Made by a program: the position numbers and the translations under genes
The notes under the pieces: model-generated
Told to the model about the DNA's origin: nothing
The model's input: the letters and a program-made list of their open reading frames with translations, nothing else
Database searches by the model: none
Source: a bacterium
GTDB taxonomy: Bacteria > Verrucomicrobiota > Kiritimatiellia > RFP12 > UBA1067
Direction of reading: 5' to 3'
NCBI GenBank assembly: GCA_037133395.1
Contig: JBAXOG010000003.1
Span: 7,644 to 71,643, forward strand
DNA: 64,000 bases
Part shown: in pieces, positions 17,189 to 25,970 of the stretch
Position numbering within the stretch: the first letter of the stretch is position 1
How the letters are laid out: the number at the start of each line of letters is the position of its first letter

Positions 17189-18454
17189 TTAAGGCATCCG
17201 GAGTCGCCAGACCCGCACCCATTCCACGTCCATGCTCTTGCCGTCGAGCTTGTCGGTGACGGGTCCAGCCCATGTAAAGACCGCCGTACTGAAAAGCACA
17301 GGCGACTCCCAGTGCGCCTTCGTGTTCGGCTTGCGGTCGATCTCCTGCCCATCCAAGAAGTAGATGATCTCCTTCTCGTTCCACAAACAGCCGTAGATGT
17401 GGAAATCGAGGCTCAGATCCTCCTCTGCCCGATAACTCTTGGAGAGCGAATTCGTTTTTGACTGGTGCAAGGACATGTTCACGACATTCGGCCAGTGCCC
17501 CTCGTTGAAATCAATCTCAAAACTTTCGCCGTTCTTTCGTGAAATCGTCCAGAAGGCGTTGTTCAGTCCCGGCGCGGGCGCATAGCGATAACGCGCCTCC
17601 CAATAACCATATTTCTGCTGGAACTGCCTTGACGAGATCATCGCGCTCGTCCACTCTTTGCCTCCGCGTTTTTCCTTGCGCGTGACCAGCTTCAAGAGCC
17701 CCTTTTCGACCACGCAGTTCTCGGGCCAGCGGCTTGATAATAATTTACCCCACGATTCGCTCTTCGAAATTTGCCAGACATTTGTATCCAGAACTGTACC
17801 ATTGAACTCATCGCGGAACGCGAGCTCCCACGCCCCTTTCGGCGGACCGCCCTGCACGTCTAACTGTTGTTTCGAAGGATCACGCGCCTTCAGCACATAC
17901 GAGGGGATTACCTCGTCCAGAATCAAAGTCTGCCAGATCATCTTCTCATCCGCCGGATCCAGAATCTCGAGCCGCAGCGCGCTCAACCGCAGGTGTCCCT
18001 TCCCCGCATTGCGCAACGTGACAAGCTCCTCGCCTTTGCCCCCGAATCTGTACGTCCCGATTGTTTCCCAACGCGGCGGACCGACCGTCAGATCCAGCAC
18101 CGCCGCCTTCGGCTCGCCAATCCCTGTCACCGACACCTGCGCCTGACGCGTGTTACCGGCATGGACCACCACATAGAAGGAAATGCGCACGGGGCAAATG
18201 CTCTGTACATTCGGTTTCCACACGGCCGTAGCCTGCGGATCAGACGAATAGATGCTAGCAGCACTGGCGTGATGACCGATCAAGCTCGCGTTCTTCCATT
18301 CACCTGTTGTTGCGAATACAGCGGATGACAAAAGACCAGCCTTCGACGTACGTCCTGTTGAACACGCCGCCTGAAAAACAGTCAGCAACAGGACTGCACC
18401 TACCCCGATCCCCATCGCCGACTTCCCATCCATCAAACACTTTTGCTTCATCAT
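17189..18454 (-). CDS. GH16-family glycoside hydrolase with extra N-terminal domain
   Basis: 421-aa ORF with a signal peptide. It carries the GH16 catalytic motif E-x-D-x-x-E as SFEIDFNEGHW, plus LAFRDEFNGTVLDTNVWQ. An N-terminal ~190-aa beta-rich region has unknown function. Confidence 0.8.
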   Translation of the reverse strand: MMKQKCLMDGKSAMGIGVGAVLLLTVFQAACSTGRTSKAGLLSSAVFATTGEWKNASLIGHHASAASIYSSDPQATAVWKPNVQSICPVRISFYVVVHAGNTRQAQVSVTGIGEPKAAVLDLTVGPPRWETIGTYRFGGKGEELVTLRNAGKGHLRLSALRLEILDPADEKMIWQTLILDEVIPSYVLKARDPSKQQLDVQGGPPKGAWELAFRDEFNGTVLDTNVWQISKSESWGKLLSSRWPENCVVEKGLLKLVTRKEKRGGKEWTSAMISSRQFQQKYGYWEARYRYAPAPGLNNAFWTISRKNGESFEIDFNEGHWPNVVNMSLHQSKTNSLSKSYRAEEDLSLDFHIYGCLWNEKEIIYFLDGQEIDRKPNTKAHWESPVLFSTAVFTWAGPVTDKLDGKSMDVEWVRVWRLRMP

Positions 18455-18621
18455 ACTTCAGCTCCTCTTGTGCTATCATGCTTTTTTATCACAGTCTCGT
18501 GGTGAGCGTGGGTGGATACATTGTCGCCCCAATGACGCCATTTGATAGACAAGCAGATACTTATGTCTGCTCATATCGTAACCTGAGAGCGCAGACCGTC
18601 TTGTCCGCATTGGCGCAATGT

Positions 18622-19869
18622 TCAGCAGGAACGAATCTGTTTACGGTAACGCAAGGGCGGTTGGCGCATCTCTTTGCGGAAGACGATGGCGAGGCGTTCA
18701 GCAGAACTGAAGCCTGAACCTTCAGCCACGTCCGGCATGGGAAGGTCAGTCTGTTCAAGCAGTTCACAGGCCTTTTCCACGTGGGTTCGGCGGATCTCCT
18801 GCGCAAGGGTCCGCTGCAATTGTTCCGCGAAGCGAATCTCCAGAGCTCGCCGAGAGGTGGCTGCATGTTTGACAACCTCGGTCACGCGGAGATTCCGATG
18901 CGCATTTGCGCGGATATAGCGGATGGCCTTCAGCAAGATTGCGTCTTGGATCGCCAAGGTGTCTGTCGACTGACGTTCGGTAATGCCAAGGGGTTGGAAG
19001 AGCTGAAGGGTCGACGTTTTCTTCTTGCCGCGCATCAACTTGTCGAGCAACACGGCGGCCTGATGTCCGATCTGATGCGTGGCGGGCCGGATGCCAGAGA
19101 TGGAGATATACGCAGATTTACAGAAGAGTTCATCATCCGTGCCGCTGAGGACGGCGATGTCTTCAGGTACGAGAAAGCCGGCATCGTGGGCTGCATAAAG
19201 AATTTCCCGGCTACCACTGGCGTTCCAGGTCAGGATACCGACGGGTTTGGGTAGGTTTTTCAGCCAATCAATAAGTTGCGCACGATTCAGATTCCAATCA
19301 GGTTCCGCTCCATGATGCGGAAACACAGAATAGGTCGAACAGGTCGCGCCTGCCGATTTGAGGGTGGACTCAAAGGAACGTTGATGGGATCTGACATACG
19401 ATATACCCCGGACACCGAAATACCCACCGTTTCGGAAACCGCGACGAAGGAAGAACTCTGCGGCGATTCTGGCGGCGGCTACACTGTCCGTGGTGACACG
19501 AGGAAAGTTCGCACCAGGAACGTCCACCCCTGAAATATTAACAATCGGACACTTGATATTTTTGAGTCCTGCAAGCGTTTTCGGGTTACGTACACACGCG
19601 ATAATGCCATCGCCTTTCCACCCTTTGGGGACGGCGAGCGGCTCTTCGAGTCCCCAGGGCTCAATGAAGAGATGCCAAGGACCGTTTTGTTCGCTGTAGT
19701 TAAGGATCCCGGCGACAATCTGGCGTCCCCAACTCGTAGAAGTCTCTACTAGTATTGCGATGCGGGAAATCCCTACGGTTTTCTTTTTCAACTTAAGCGT
19801 ACTCCTCTTCTGGTCTGCACAGTCTGTTGTCATTCTGAGTCGACACCACCTCAGGTATACAGGCGTCAT
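18622..19869 (-). CDS. XylR-type transcriptional regulator (sugar-binding domain plus AraC-type HTH)
   Basis: 415-aa ORF; the start is ambiguous (an alternative Met lies at 19833). The N-terminal periplasmic-binding-protein-like region (RIAILVETSTSWGRQIVAGI) matches the 57452..58648 paralog. The C-terminal AraC HTH region reads TDLPMPDVAEGSGFSSAERLAIVFRKEMRQPPLRYR. Confidence 0.8.
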   Translation of the reverse strand: MTPVYLRWCRLRMTTDCADQKRSTLKLKKKTVGISRIAILVETSTSWGRQIVAGILNYSEQNGPWHLFIEPWGLEEPLAVPKGWKGDGIIACVRNPKTLAGLKNIKCPIVNISGVDVPGANFPRVTTDSVAAARIAAEFFLRRGFRNGGYFGVRGISYVRSHQRSFESTLKSAGATCSTYSVFPHHGAEPDWNLNRAQLIDWLKNLPKPVGILTWNASGSREILYAAHDAGFLVPEDIAVLSGTDDELFCKSAYISISGIRPATHQIGHQAAVLLDKLMRGKKKTSTLQLFQPLGITERQSTDTLAIQDAILLKAIRYIRANAHRNLRVTEVVKHAATSRRALEIRFAEQLQRTLAQEIRRTHVEKACELLEQTDLPMPDVAEGSGFSSAERLAIVFRKEMRQPPLRYRKQIRSC

Positions 19870-19917
19870 ATATTAGGCGGAAAAGAACGGACAGTCAAGC
19901 ATCTACCAAAAGCAGTC

Positions 19918-19942
19918 TGCGCAAAAAGATAGAAAATAAACG
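19918..19942 (+). promoter_or_regulatory. 25-nt box TGCGCAAAAAGATAGAAAATAAACG upstream of the P1 operon
   Basis: It is identical at 22 of 25 positions to 39354..39378. Both boxes lie about 110 nt upstream of the first start codon of a plus-strand operon. Confidence 0.4.
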
Positions 19943-20028
19943 TGGATGTGCCTTGCACAAAGAGGCGTATTTCTGGAATAATGACACACATGGATGACAC
20001 GAAGCGACGCATAAAAAAGGGGAGTCAG

Positions 20029-22950
20029 ATGAACAGACAGGAACAGACGACGCAAGCGCATCCGGCGGTGGGGCGGTTTGCAGGACGGATGTTGAAGGTA
20101 GTGGTGGCTGGGGGGAGTCTTCTTGCAGGTCCAGGAGGGGCTGCGGATCTGATCAATTCGACCTATCGCATGGCGCTTCAGGACGATGGATCGGTTTTGC
20201 TGTCCTGTGCCAGCGTGCAGGCGCAGCGTTTCGAACCGCGATTCACGATCCTCTATTCAGCGACGGAACCCAAACGAGGTCTAAACTGGGGCGAGTTCAA
20301 GGACCCGCGCCTGAAAGGCATGTACAATATCGAGAACTGGTCCGCCAAGCGGGGCAAGGCGGTCCGGATCATCGTCGATCCGAACCAGCACGTTGATGAC
20401 GGATCCGATCCCCTGACGGATCGCGACGTGGAGGCCGGCATGACCTGCAACCTCTTCAAGGCCGGACGAAGCGTCACCCTCCGTGCGACTAAAGGCGTCG
20501 TTGACAACAACCGCATCCTGTGGAGTTTCCCGGAAAACAACAATTTTAAACTTAAGGCCGAGATCGAGCTCCCTCGGGGAAGCAAAGCGCCCAAACTGAC
20601 CTGGCGCTTGACCCCAACAAAGGCGGGCTGGTGGTCGGTCGGTTACACGGGCGCGCCGGAGGTCGAACCGGACAAGATGGATGAAATGTGGCAGCCCATG
20701 ATCTGGCAGGAGAAACGTTTCCCTGAGGATTGCTTCATGACGAGCGCCTTCCGCTGTCCTCTGCCGACTACTTTGGTCACTCTGAAAGGGGTCACATGCG
20801 GCGTGGTCGCCGAGCCAGACGCATTGCCTTTTCAGCCGATGCCCAAGTTAGACAACTCCCAATTCGGCGTTGCGGTGCGGAATGCAAAGGGCATGGCTCA
20901 GCCCATGCTCTTTGCGCCGGTACTAGGCGGAACGAACTCGCTGATGCAAGCGGGCGCGACGCACGTCTTTTCCTGTCGTCTCGTTGTCTGTTCGGGTGGT
21001 TGCACTGCGGCTTACGAGCAGATCGCCCGATCACTGTTCGGGTTTCGCGACCATCGCGAGAACTTCTTCTGTTCCCTCAACACGACGCTGGAGAACATGG
21101 TTTCTTACGGTATGGGCGAGTACAGCCGGTTTAATTCGGAACTCCGCGGCTGCTCATACGATACGGACATGCCCGGAAGCGTGAAGAACATCTCTTCGCT
21201 TCACCCGGTGGGGCTGGCGTTGATCATGGATGACGAGGCCATCTACAGGGAACGTGGACTCCCAATGATCGAATTCGCTCTGTCGCGTGAGAAGTTTCTT
21301 TTCACGACCAAACTGGGAGAGAAGGGTACACAGTCCGCCTCGTCAATCCTGAACGGTCCCGGCGGGCAGGTGTCTGAGTTCGCAACCCTGTATCAGATGT
21401 CGAACAGGCGCATGCCGTTTTTGCTGGATGCCGCCACGGAACTGATGGGCAAGACGCGGATTTTGAATCTGGATGCACCGGTTCCCGGCAACATCTGGCC
21501 GAACGCACTGGCCCTCTATCACGCCACCGGCGATTCCCAATGGCTAAAAAAAGCGGTCGAGGGGGCAGACCAATATCTGGCGAGACGTTTGGCCAAACCG
21601 CAGAACGATTTTCAAGATCCCGATTCGAGGGGGATGTTCTTCTGGACCAGTTATGTGCCGAACTGGTCGGAACTGCAACTGCTATATGAGGCTACGGGCG
21701 AGAAACGGTTTCTGGATGCGGCGGTGCGCGGTGCGCGACAGCACGCGCAGTGCATCTGGATGTGTCCGGCGATCCCGGACGCGAACATTCTGGTCAATGA
21801 AGGCGGCGTTGCGCCGGCCTATCGGCCTCGTGTAGAGCCCCGTATCAAGCTTCCCGAGGAGATCGTGCCAGCCTGGCGGATGTCGGAAATCGGGCTGACC
21901 CCTGAGTCCGCCCCGACCTGCAAGGGCCATCGCGGGGTTTTCCTGGCCTGTCACGCGCCGTGGATGCTGCGGTTGGGACTGCTGGCCCAGGATGCGTTCC
22001 TGCACGACATCGCCCGCTCCGCCGTCGTCGGCCGCTATGCCAATTTTCCCGGCTATCACATCAACGCCGGACGTACGACGCTCTTCGAGAAGCCCGATTT
22101 CCCCCTGCGTTCCATGAAGGAGCTCAACGGCGTTACGTCGCTCCACTACAACCATGTCTGGGCGCAGATCGGCATGGTGTTCGATTACCTCGTCTCCGAT
22201 GCATTCTACAAGAGCAAAGGCCAGATCGTTTTCCCGGGACATTACGCCGAAGGCTATGCGTATGTGCAAACCAAGGTTTATGGTGACCGGCCTGGGCGCG
22301 TCTACGACAAGAAAGACGCTTGGCTCTGGATGCCCAAAGGGTTGTTGCACTGTGACAATGTCCAAGTGAACACTGTCGCGGCGCGCGGCGCGAACGCGCT
22401 CTATCTGGTCTTGCTGAACCAGTCGCAGCAAGCCGTGACGCCGACCGTGACGCTGGATAAGACGCGGGTGAACGTTTCCGGTGAGCACGCGGTGAACGTC
22501 TGGAAACAGAATGTGAAGACGGACACCGTGCGGATGGTTGGAGGCGCGATTCAGACGTCGATCGCGGCGGAGGGGATCACCGTACTGGAGATCACCGGCC
22601 TGCGGATTGAGACGGCATTCCAGAAGAAGGTCCTCGCCGCAGCATCGGTCCCCCCGAAAAAGGGAAGCGTCGAACTGCCCTTCGGCGGCGGCAGCAAAGC
22701 GTTTCTGCTTTCGTTCGGTCCGGAACTGACCAGTGCGTACGTCTATACCAAAGCAACCTACGAGACGGTCCGCAGCATCACCCTGCATTACCGGAACGGC
22801 GACACCTGGAAGACGGTGAACGACACGGCTTATCCCTACGAATTCACGGTACCGTTGACTTCCGGGGATTCCAGTTTCCAGTTCTTTCTGGAGGCGGTGA
22901 ACCCGGCAGGGACGGTCACGAAATCAGAGACCGCCGTTCTCTTGCGTTAA
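20029..22950 (+). CDS. secreted protein of unassigned family, paralog P1 (putative glycan-cleaving enzyme)
   Basis: The ORF is open from GTG 19942. I prefer ATG 20029, which has a GGGGAG Shine-Dalgarno upstream and a hydrophobic signal-like segment ([14 protein letters not shown]). I recognise no CAZy motif. It shares blocks with P2 and P3: [36 protein letters not shown]...WLWMPKGLL. Confidence 0.75.
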   Translation: MNRQEQTTQAHPAVGRFAGRMLKVVVAGGSLLAGPGGAADLINSTYRMALQDDGSVLLSCASVQAQRFEPRFTILYSATEPKRGLNWGEFKDPRLKGMYNIENWSAKRGKAVRIIVDPNQHVDDGSDPLTDRDVEAGMTCNLFKAGRSVTLRATKGVVDNNRILWSFPENNNFKLKAEIELPRGSKAPKLTWRLTPTKAGWWSVGYTGAPEVEPDKMDEMWQPMIWQEKRFPEDCFMTSAFRCPLPTTLVTLKGVTCGVVAEPDALPFQPMPKLDNSQFGVAVRNAKGMAQPMLFAPVLGGTNSLMQAGATHVFSCRLVVCSGGCTAAYEQIARSLFGFRDHRENFFCSLNTTLENMVSYGMGEYSRFNSELRGCSYDTDMPGSVKNISSLHPVGLALIMDDEAIYRERGLPMIEFALSREKFLFTTKLGEKGTQSASSILNGPGGQVSEFATLYQMSNRRMPFLLDAATELMGKTRILNLDAPVPGNIWPNALALYHATGDSQWLKKAVEGADQYLARRLAKPQNDFQDPDSRGMFFWTSYVPNWSELQLLYEATGEKRFLDAAVRGARQHAQCIWMCPAIPDANILVNEGGVAPAYRPRVEPRIKLPEEIVPAWRMSEIGLTPESAPTCKGHRGVFLACHAPWMLRLGLLAQDAFLHDIARSAVVGRYANFPGYHINAGRTTLFEKPDFPLRSMKELNGVTSLHYNHVWAQIGMVFDYLVSDAFYKSKGQIVFPGHYAEGYAYVQTKVYGDRPGRVYDKKDAWLWMPKGLLHCDNVQVNTVAARGANALYLVLLNQSQQAVTPTVTLDKTRVNVSGEHAVNVWKQNVKTDTVRMVGGAIQTSIAAEGITVLEITGLRIETAFQKKVLAAASVPPKKGSVELPFGGGSKAFLLSFGPELTSAYVYTKATYETVRSITLHYRNGDTWKTVNDTAYPYEFTVPLTSGDSSFQFFLEAVNPAGTVTKSETAVLLR

Positions 22951-22972
22951 ACGTCAAGGAGATGAATCATTC

Positions 22973-25927
22973 ATGCAATTGCAAACGAAACAATCGCTTC
23001 TTATCTTGCTCCTCTCGGCGCACAGCTTCTTGCATGGTGCGGAAGATACGTCGCTCTGGTATCGCCAGCCAGCACCCCTGACCAACTGGTGTGAAGCGTT
23101 GCCGGTGGGCAACGGGCGTCTAGGCGCGATGGTCTTCGGAGGTGTACGCGAAGAGCGTCTGCAACTGAACGAAGAGAGCATCTGGTCGGGCCAGTGGCAG
23201 GACTGCAATAAGGCAGGTGCTTATAAGGTCTTTCCTCAAATCCAGCAATTGATTTATGAAGGAAAGTATAAAGAGGCCAGCACTTTAGTCCAGAATGAAG
23301 TACTGGGTGAACGTCCGCTGGGTTGTTATCAGCCGCTCGGGGATCTTTTCCTGACTTTCGACGGACAGGACCAGCCCCAGGATTATCGGCGCGAGCTGGA
23401 TCTCGATACCGCCATTGCGAAAGTCACGTATCGAATCGGAGATGTCCAGTATACGCGAGAAGTCTTCTCCAGTGTTCCCGACCGCGTTATCGTCGTGCGG
23501 TTAACCAGCGACAAGCCTGGCCGTCTCAGCGTGTCGGCCCGACTCGGTCGCGAGGCGGATGCGGCATGTGCTTCAAAAGGCAGGCGGGGTCTGATCTTGA
23601 GCGGACAGGCCGATCGCGGAAAGCCAACCGCAGGCACGCGGTTCGTGGGTCGCGTGGAAGCAGTCCCAGAAGGGGGAACCGCCACTTCGTCTGACGGGGT
23701 CTTGCACATAGAAAAGGCTGACGCCGTGACCCTGCTTGTGAACGCGGCATCGGATTATCGTACGAGGGACTTCGAAGCCGCCTGCGAGCACGTGCTGGCG
23801 ACGGCGGCAGCGCGTCCGTATGCGGCCTTGCGCGAAGCGCACGTCAACGAGCATCAGCGCCTTTTCCGACGCGTCATGCTAAAACTTGGCGCTGCGTCCG
23901 AGCTGCCGACCGACGAACGTCTCCGTCGGGTCCGGCGCGGTGAACAGGACGTGTCCCTCCTTGCCCTCTATTTCCAATACGGACGCTATCTGCTGATCAG
24001 TTCGTCCCGTCCGGGAACGCTTCCTGCCACGTTACAGGGCATCTGGAATGAGCGACGCTCCCCACCTTGGTTTTGCGGTTGGCATTTCGATATCAATGTG
24101 CAGATGAACTACTGGCTTGCCGAGACCACGAATCTCGGCGAGTGCCACGAACCTTTCATTGAGCTGATCGACGCCCTGCGCGAGAACGGACGCAAGACGG
24201 CACAAGAGGTTTATGGTGCGAAGGGCTTCGTTTTTGCGCATCGGACCACGGCATGGCTCTTTACTGCGCCAGTCAAGGGCCTGGACATCTGGCCCATCGG
24301 CGCGGCGTGGTGTTGTCAGCATCTGTGGGAACATTACCTCTTTACCCAAGACAAGGTCTACTTGGCGAACAAGGGATATCCGGTCATGAAGGAGGCGGCG
24401 GAGTTTCTGCTTGATTGGCTTTCTCCCGATCCTGTCACGGGCAAGCTGGTCAGCGGACCTTCCATCTCCCCGGAAAACAGTTTTACCATCGGCGACGGAA
24501 AGATGGCCCAACTGGACATGGGCCCCGCAATGGATCAGCAGATTGCGGCGGAGCTATTCAATAATTGCCTAACCGCTGCGGCGCTTCTTGGAATCAGCGA
24601 TACCTTCACGGAGAAGGTGAAGCGCGCCCGTGAAAAGCTGGCCGAGCCGAAGGTGGGCAAGGACGGCCGGATGCTTGAATGGTCAACCGAGCGGCCCGAA
24701 CGGGAGCTCGGGCATCGGCACCTATCGCATTTGTATGCAGCTTATCCCGGCAACCAGATCACCCTTCGGGGCAGCCCTGCGTTAGCGGCTGCGGTCCGGA
24801 AGTCACTGGAATGTCGAATCAAGAACGGAGGTGACGCGAAGGGCAACAATGCCGCGAACACGAGCAACACGGGCTGGACGCTCGCCTGGATCGCTAATCT
24901 CTGGGCTCGGCTCGGTAATGGGCAAGAGGCCTATGTGTCGGTTCTGAATCTCCTTCGGAATGCCGCTTATCCGAATCTCATGGATACGCATCCGTCGAAA
25001 GACGGGATCGGCGTTTTTCAGATCGACGGAAATCTGGGGGGGGCTGCGGCGGTGGCGGAGATGCTGGTCCAGAGTCACGAGGAAAATGATGAATGCGGAA
25101 TGATGAATGATGAATGGAAAAAGGGGAAAGGATCGGGGAATTCCTCATTCATAAATCATAATTCCTCCTTCATAATTTTTCTTCTGCCCGCGCTTCCGAA
25201 GGAATGGCCCGAGGGAGAGGTTCGAGGGCTTCGTGCGCGCGGCGGCTTTGAAGTGGATATCGCGTGGAAATCGGGCAAGCTGATCAAGGCGACCCTCCGC
25301 AGTATCGAGGGCCGATGCGTAAAGGTTCGTTACGGCCAGAAAGAGTATGTGCTGGAGTTCAAGGCGAAGGACGACCGCCAAACGATCTCCGGCACGGTTG
25401 AGATCAAGAAAACTCCGGTTCCGAAATCCACGTTGCCTGCAAAGATGAAAAACGCCAAGACCGAGGTCGATTTTTTCGCTTACATGAAGAGTGCGTCGAA
25501 TCCGAGCATGATCGGATTTCGCAGCAACGGTCGTTGTTATCCCTATTCCACGCCTTTGGGACGGCGGATCGGTTATAAGCAAGGGGTGACGGATAAGAAA
25601 CTGTATTCCGAAGGCTGGTTGGTGGCAGACGCGGAGCAAGCCTTACGGGCAGAGCTTGAACATGTCACAGCGGCCCTGCGCAAGCGTCTGCAAGCGGAAT
25701 TGAAATGCGAGTTTGATCAATTGCCTCGTGAAGCACGTGAGATCCTGACGGACTTCGGATACACGGAGGGCGTGGAGAAACTAAAGTCGGAGTTTATTCA
25801 GCTTGTTGTGAAGCTCGACTGGAAGCGGATTCTCAAGCCCGAACACTATGTGCGGTATGAAGCAGACTGGCCGGACAGTGTCAGAAATAAGGCGTTTTAC
25901 GGTCGGTGGAGCCAGCACGTGGAATAA
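22973..25927 (+). CDS. alpha-L-fucosidase (GH95) with internal 31-aa insertion and C-terminal extension
   Basis: 984-aa ORF with an AAGGAG Shine-Dalgarno and a signal peptide. The GH95 N-terminal block is present (LWYRQPA...[17 protein letters not shown]...[11 protein letters not shown]). The late GH95 block MLVQSHEE...[10 protein letters not shown] is interrupted by an insertion. About 180 extra residues follow the usual GH95 end. Confidence 0.85.
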   Translation: MQLQTKQSLLILLLSAHSFLHGAEDTSLWYRQPAPLTNWCEALPVGNGRLGAMVFGGVREERLQLNEESIWSGQWQDCNKAGAYKVFPQIQQLIYEGKYKEASTLVQNEVLGERPLGCYQPLGDLFLTFDGQDQPQDYRRELDLDTAIAKVTYRIGDVQYTREVFSSVPDRVIVVRLTSDKPGRLSVSARLGREADAACASKGRRGLILSGQADRGKPTAGTRFVGRVEAVPEGGTATSSDGVLHIEKADAVTLLVNAASDYRTRDFEAACEHVLATAAARPYAALREAHVNEHQRLFRRVMLKLGAASELPTDERLRRVRRGEQDVSLLALYFQYGRYLLISSSRPGTLPATLQGIWNERRSPPWFCGWHFDINVQMNYWLAETTNLGECHEPFIELIDALRENGRKTAQEVYGAKGFVFAHRTTAWLFTAPVKGLDIWPIGAAWCCQHLWEHYLFTQDKVYLANKGYPVMKEAAEFLLDWLSPDPVTGKLVSGPSISPENSFTIGDGKMAQLDMGPAMDQQIAAELFNNCLTAAALLGISDTFTEKVKRAREKLAEPKVGKDGRMLEWSTERPERELGHRHLSHLYAAYPGNQITLRGSPALAAAVRKSLECRIKNGGDAKGNNAANTSNTGWTLAWIANLWARLGNGQEAYVSVLNLLRNAAYPNLMDTHPSKDGIGVFQIDGNLGGAAAVAEMLVQSHEENDECGMMNDEWKKGKGSGNSSFINHNSSFIIFLLPALPKEWPEGEVRGLRARGGFEVDIAWKSGKLIKATLRSIEGRCVKVRYGQKEYVLEFKAKDDRQTISGTVEIKKTPVPKSTLPAKMKNAKTEVDFFAYMKSASNPSMIGFRSNGRCYPYSTPLGRRIGYKQGVTDKKLYSEGWLVADAEQALRAELEHVTAALRKRLQAELKCEFDQLPREAREILTDFGYTEGVEKLKSEFIQLVVKLDWKRILKPEHYVRYEADWPDSVRNKAFYGRWSQHVE
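25085..25177. repeat. 93-bp imperfect palindrome of opposed 7-bp tandem arrays, in frame within the GH95 CDS
   Basis: The left arm is TGATGAA TGCGGAA TGATGAA TGATGAA TGGAAAA (25087-25121). The right arm is TTCCTCA TTCATAA ATCATAA TTCCTCC TTCATAA (25141-25175). The segment is clearly more AT-rich than the flanking coding DNA. It encodes [31 protein letters not shown]. Confidence 0.75.
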
Positions 25928-25970
25928 CTCGGGCTCTCGCAAAGGAAACAAAGGCGTAAAGGGGTTTTCA

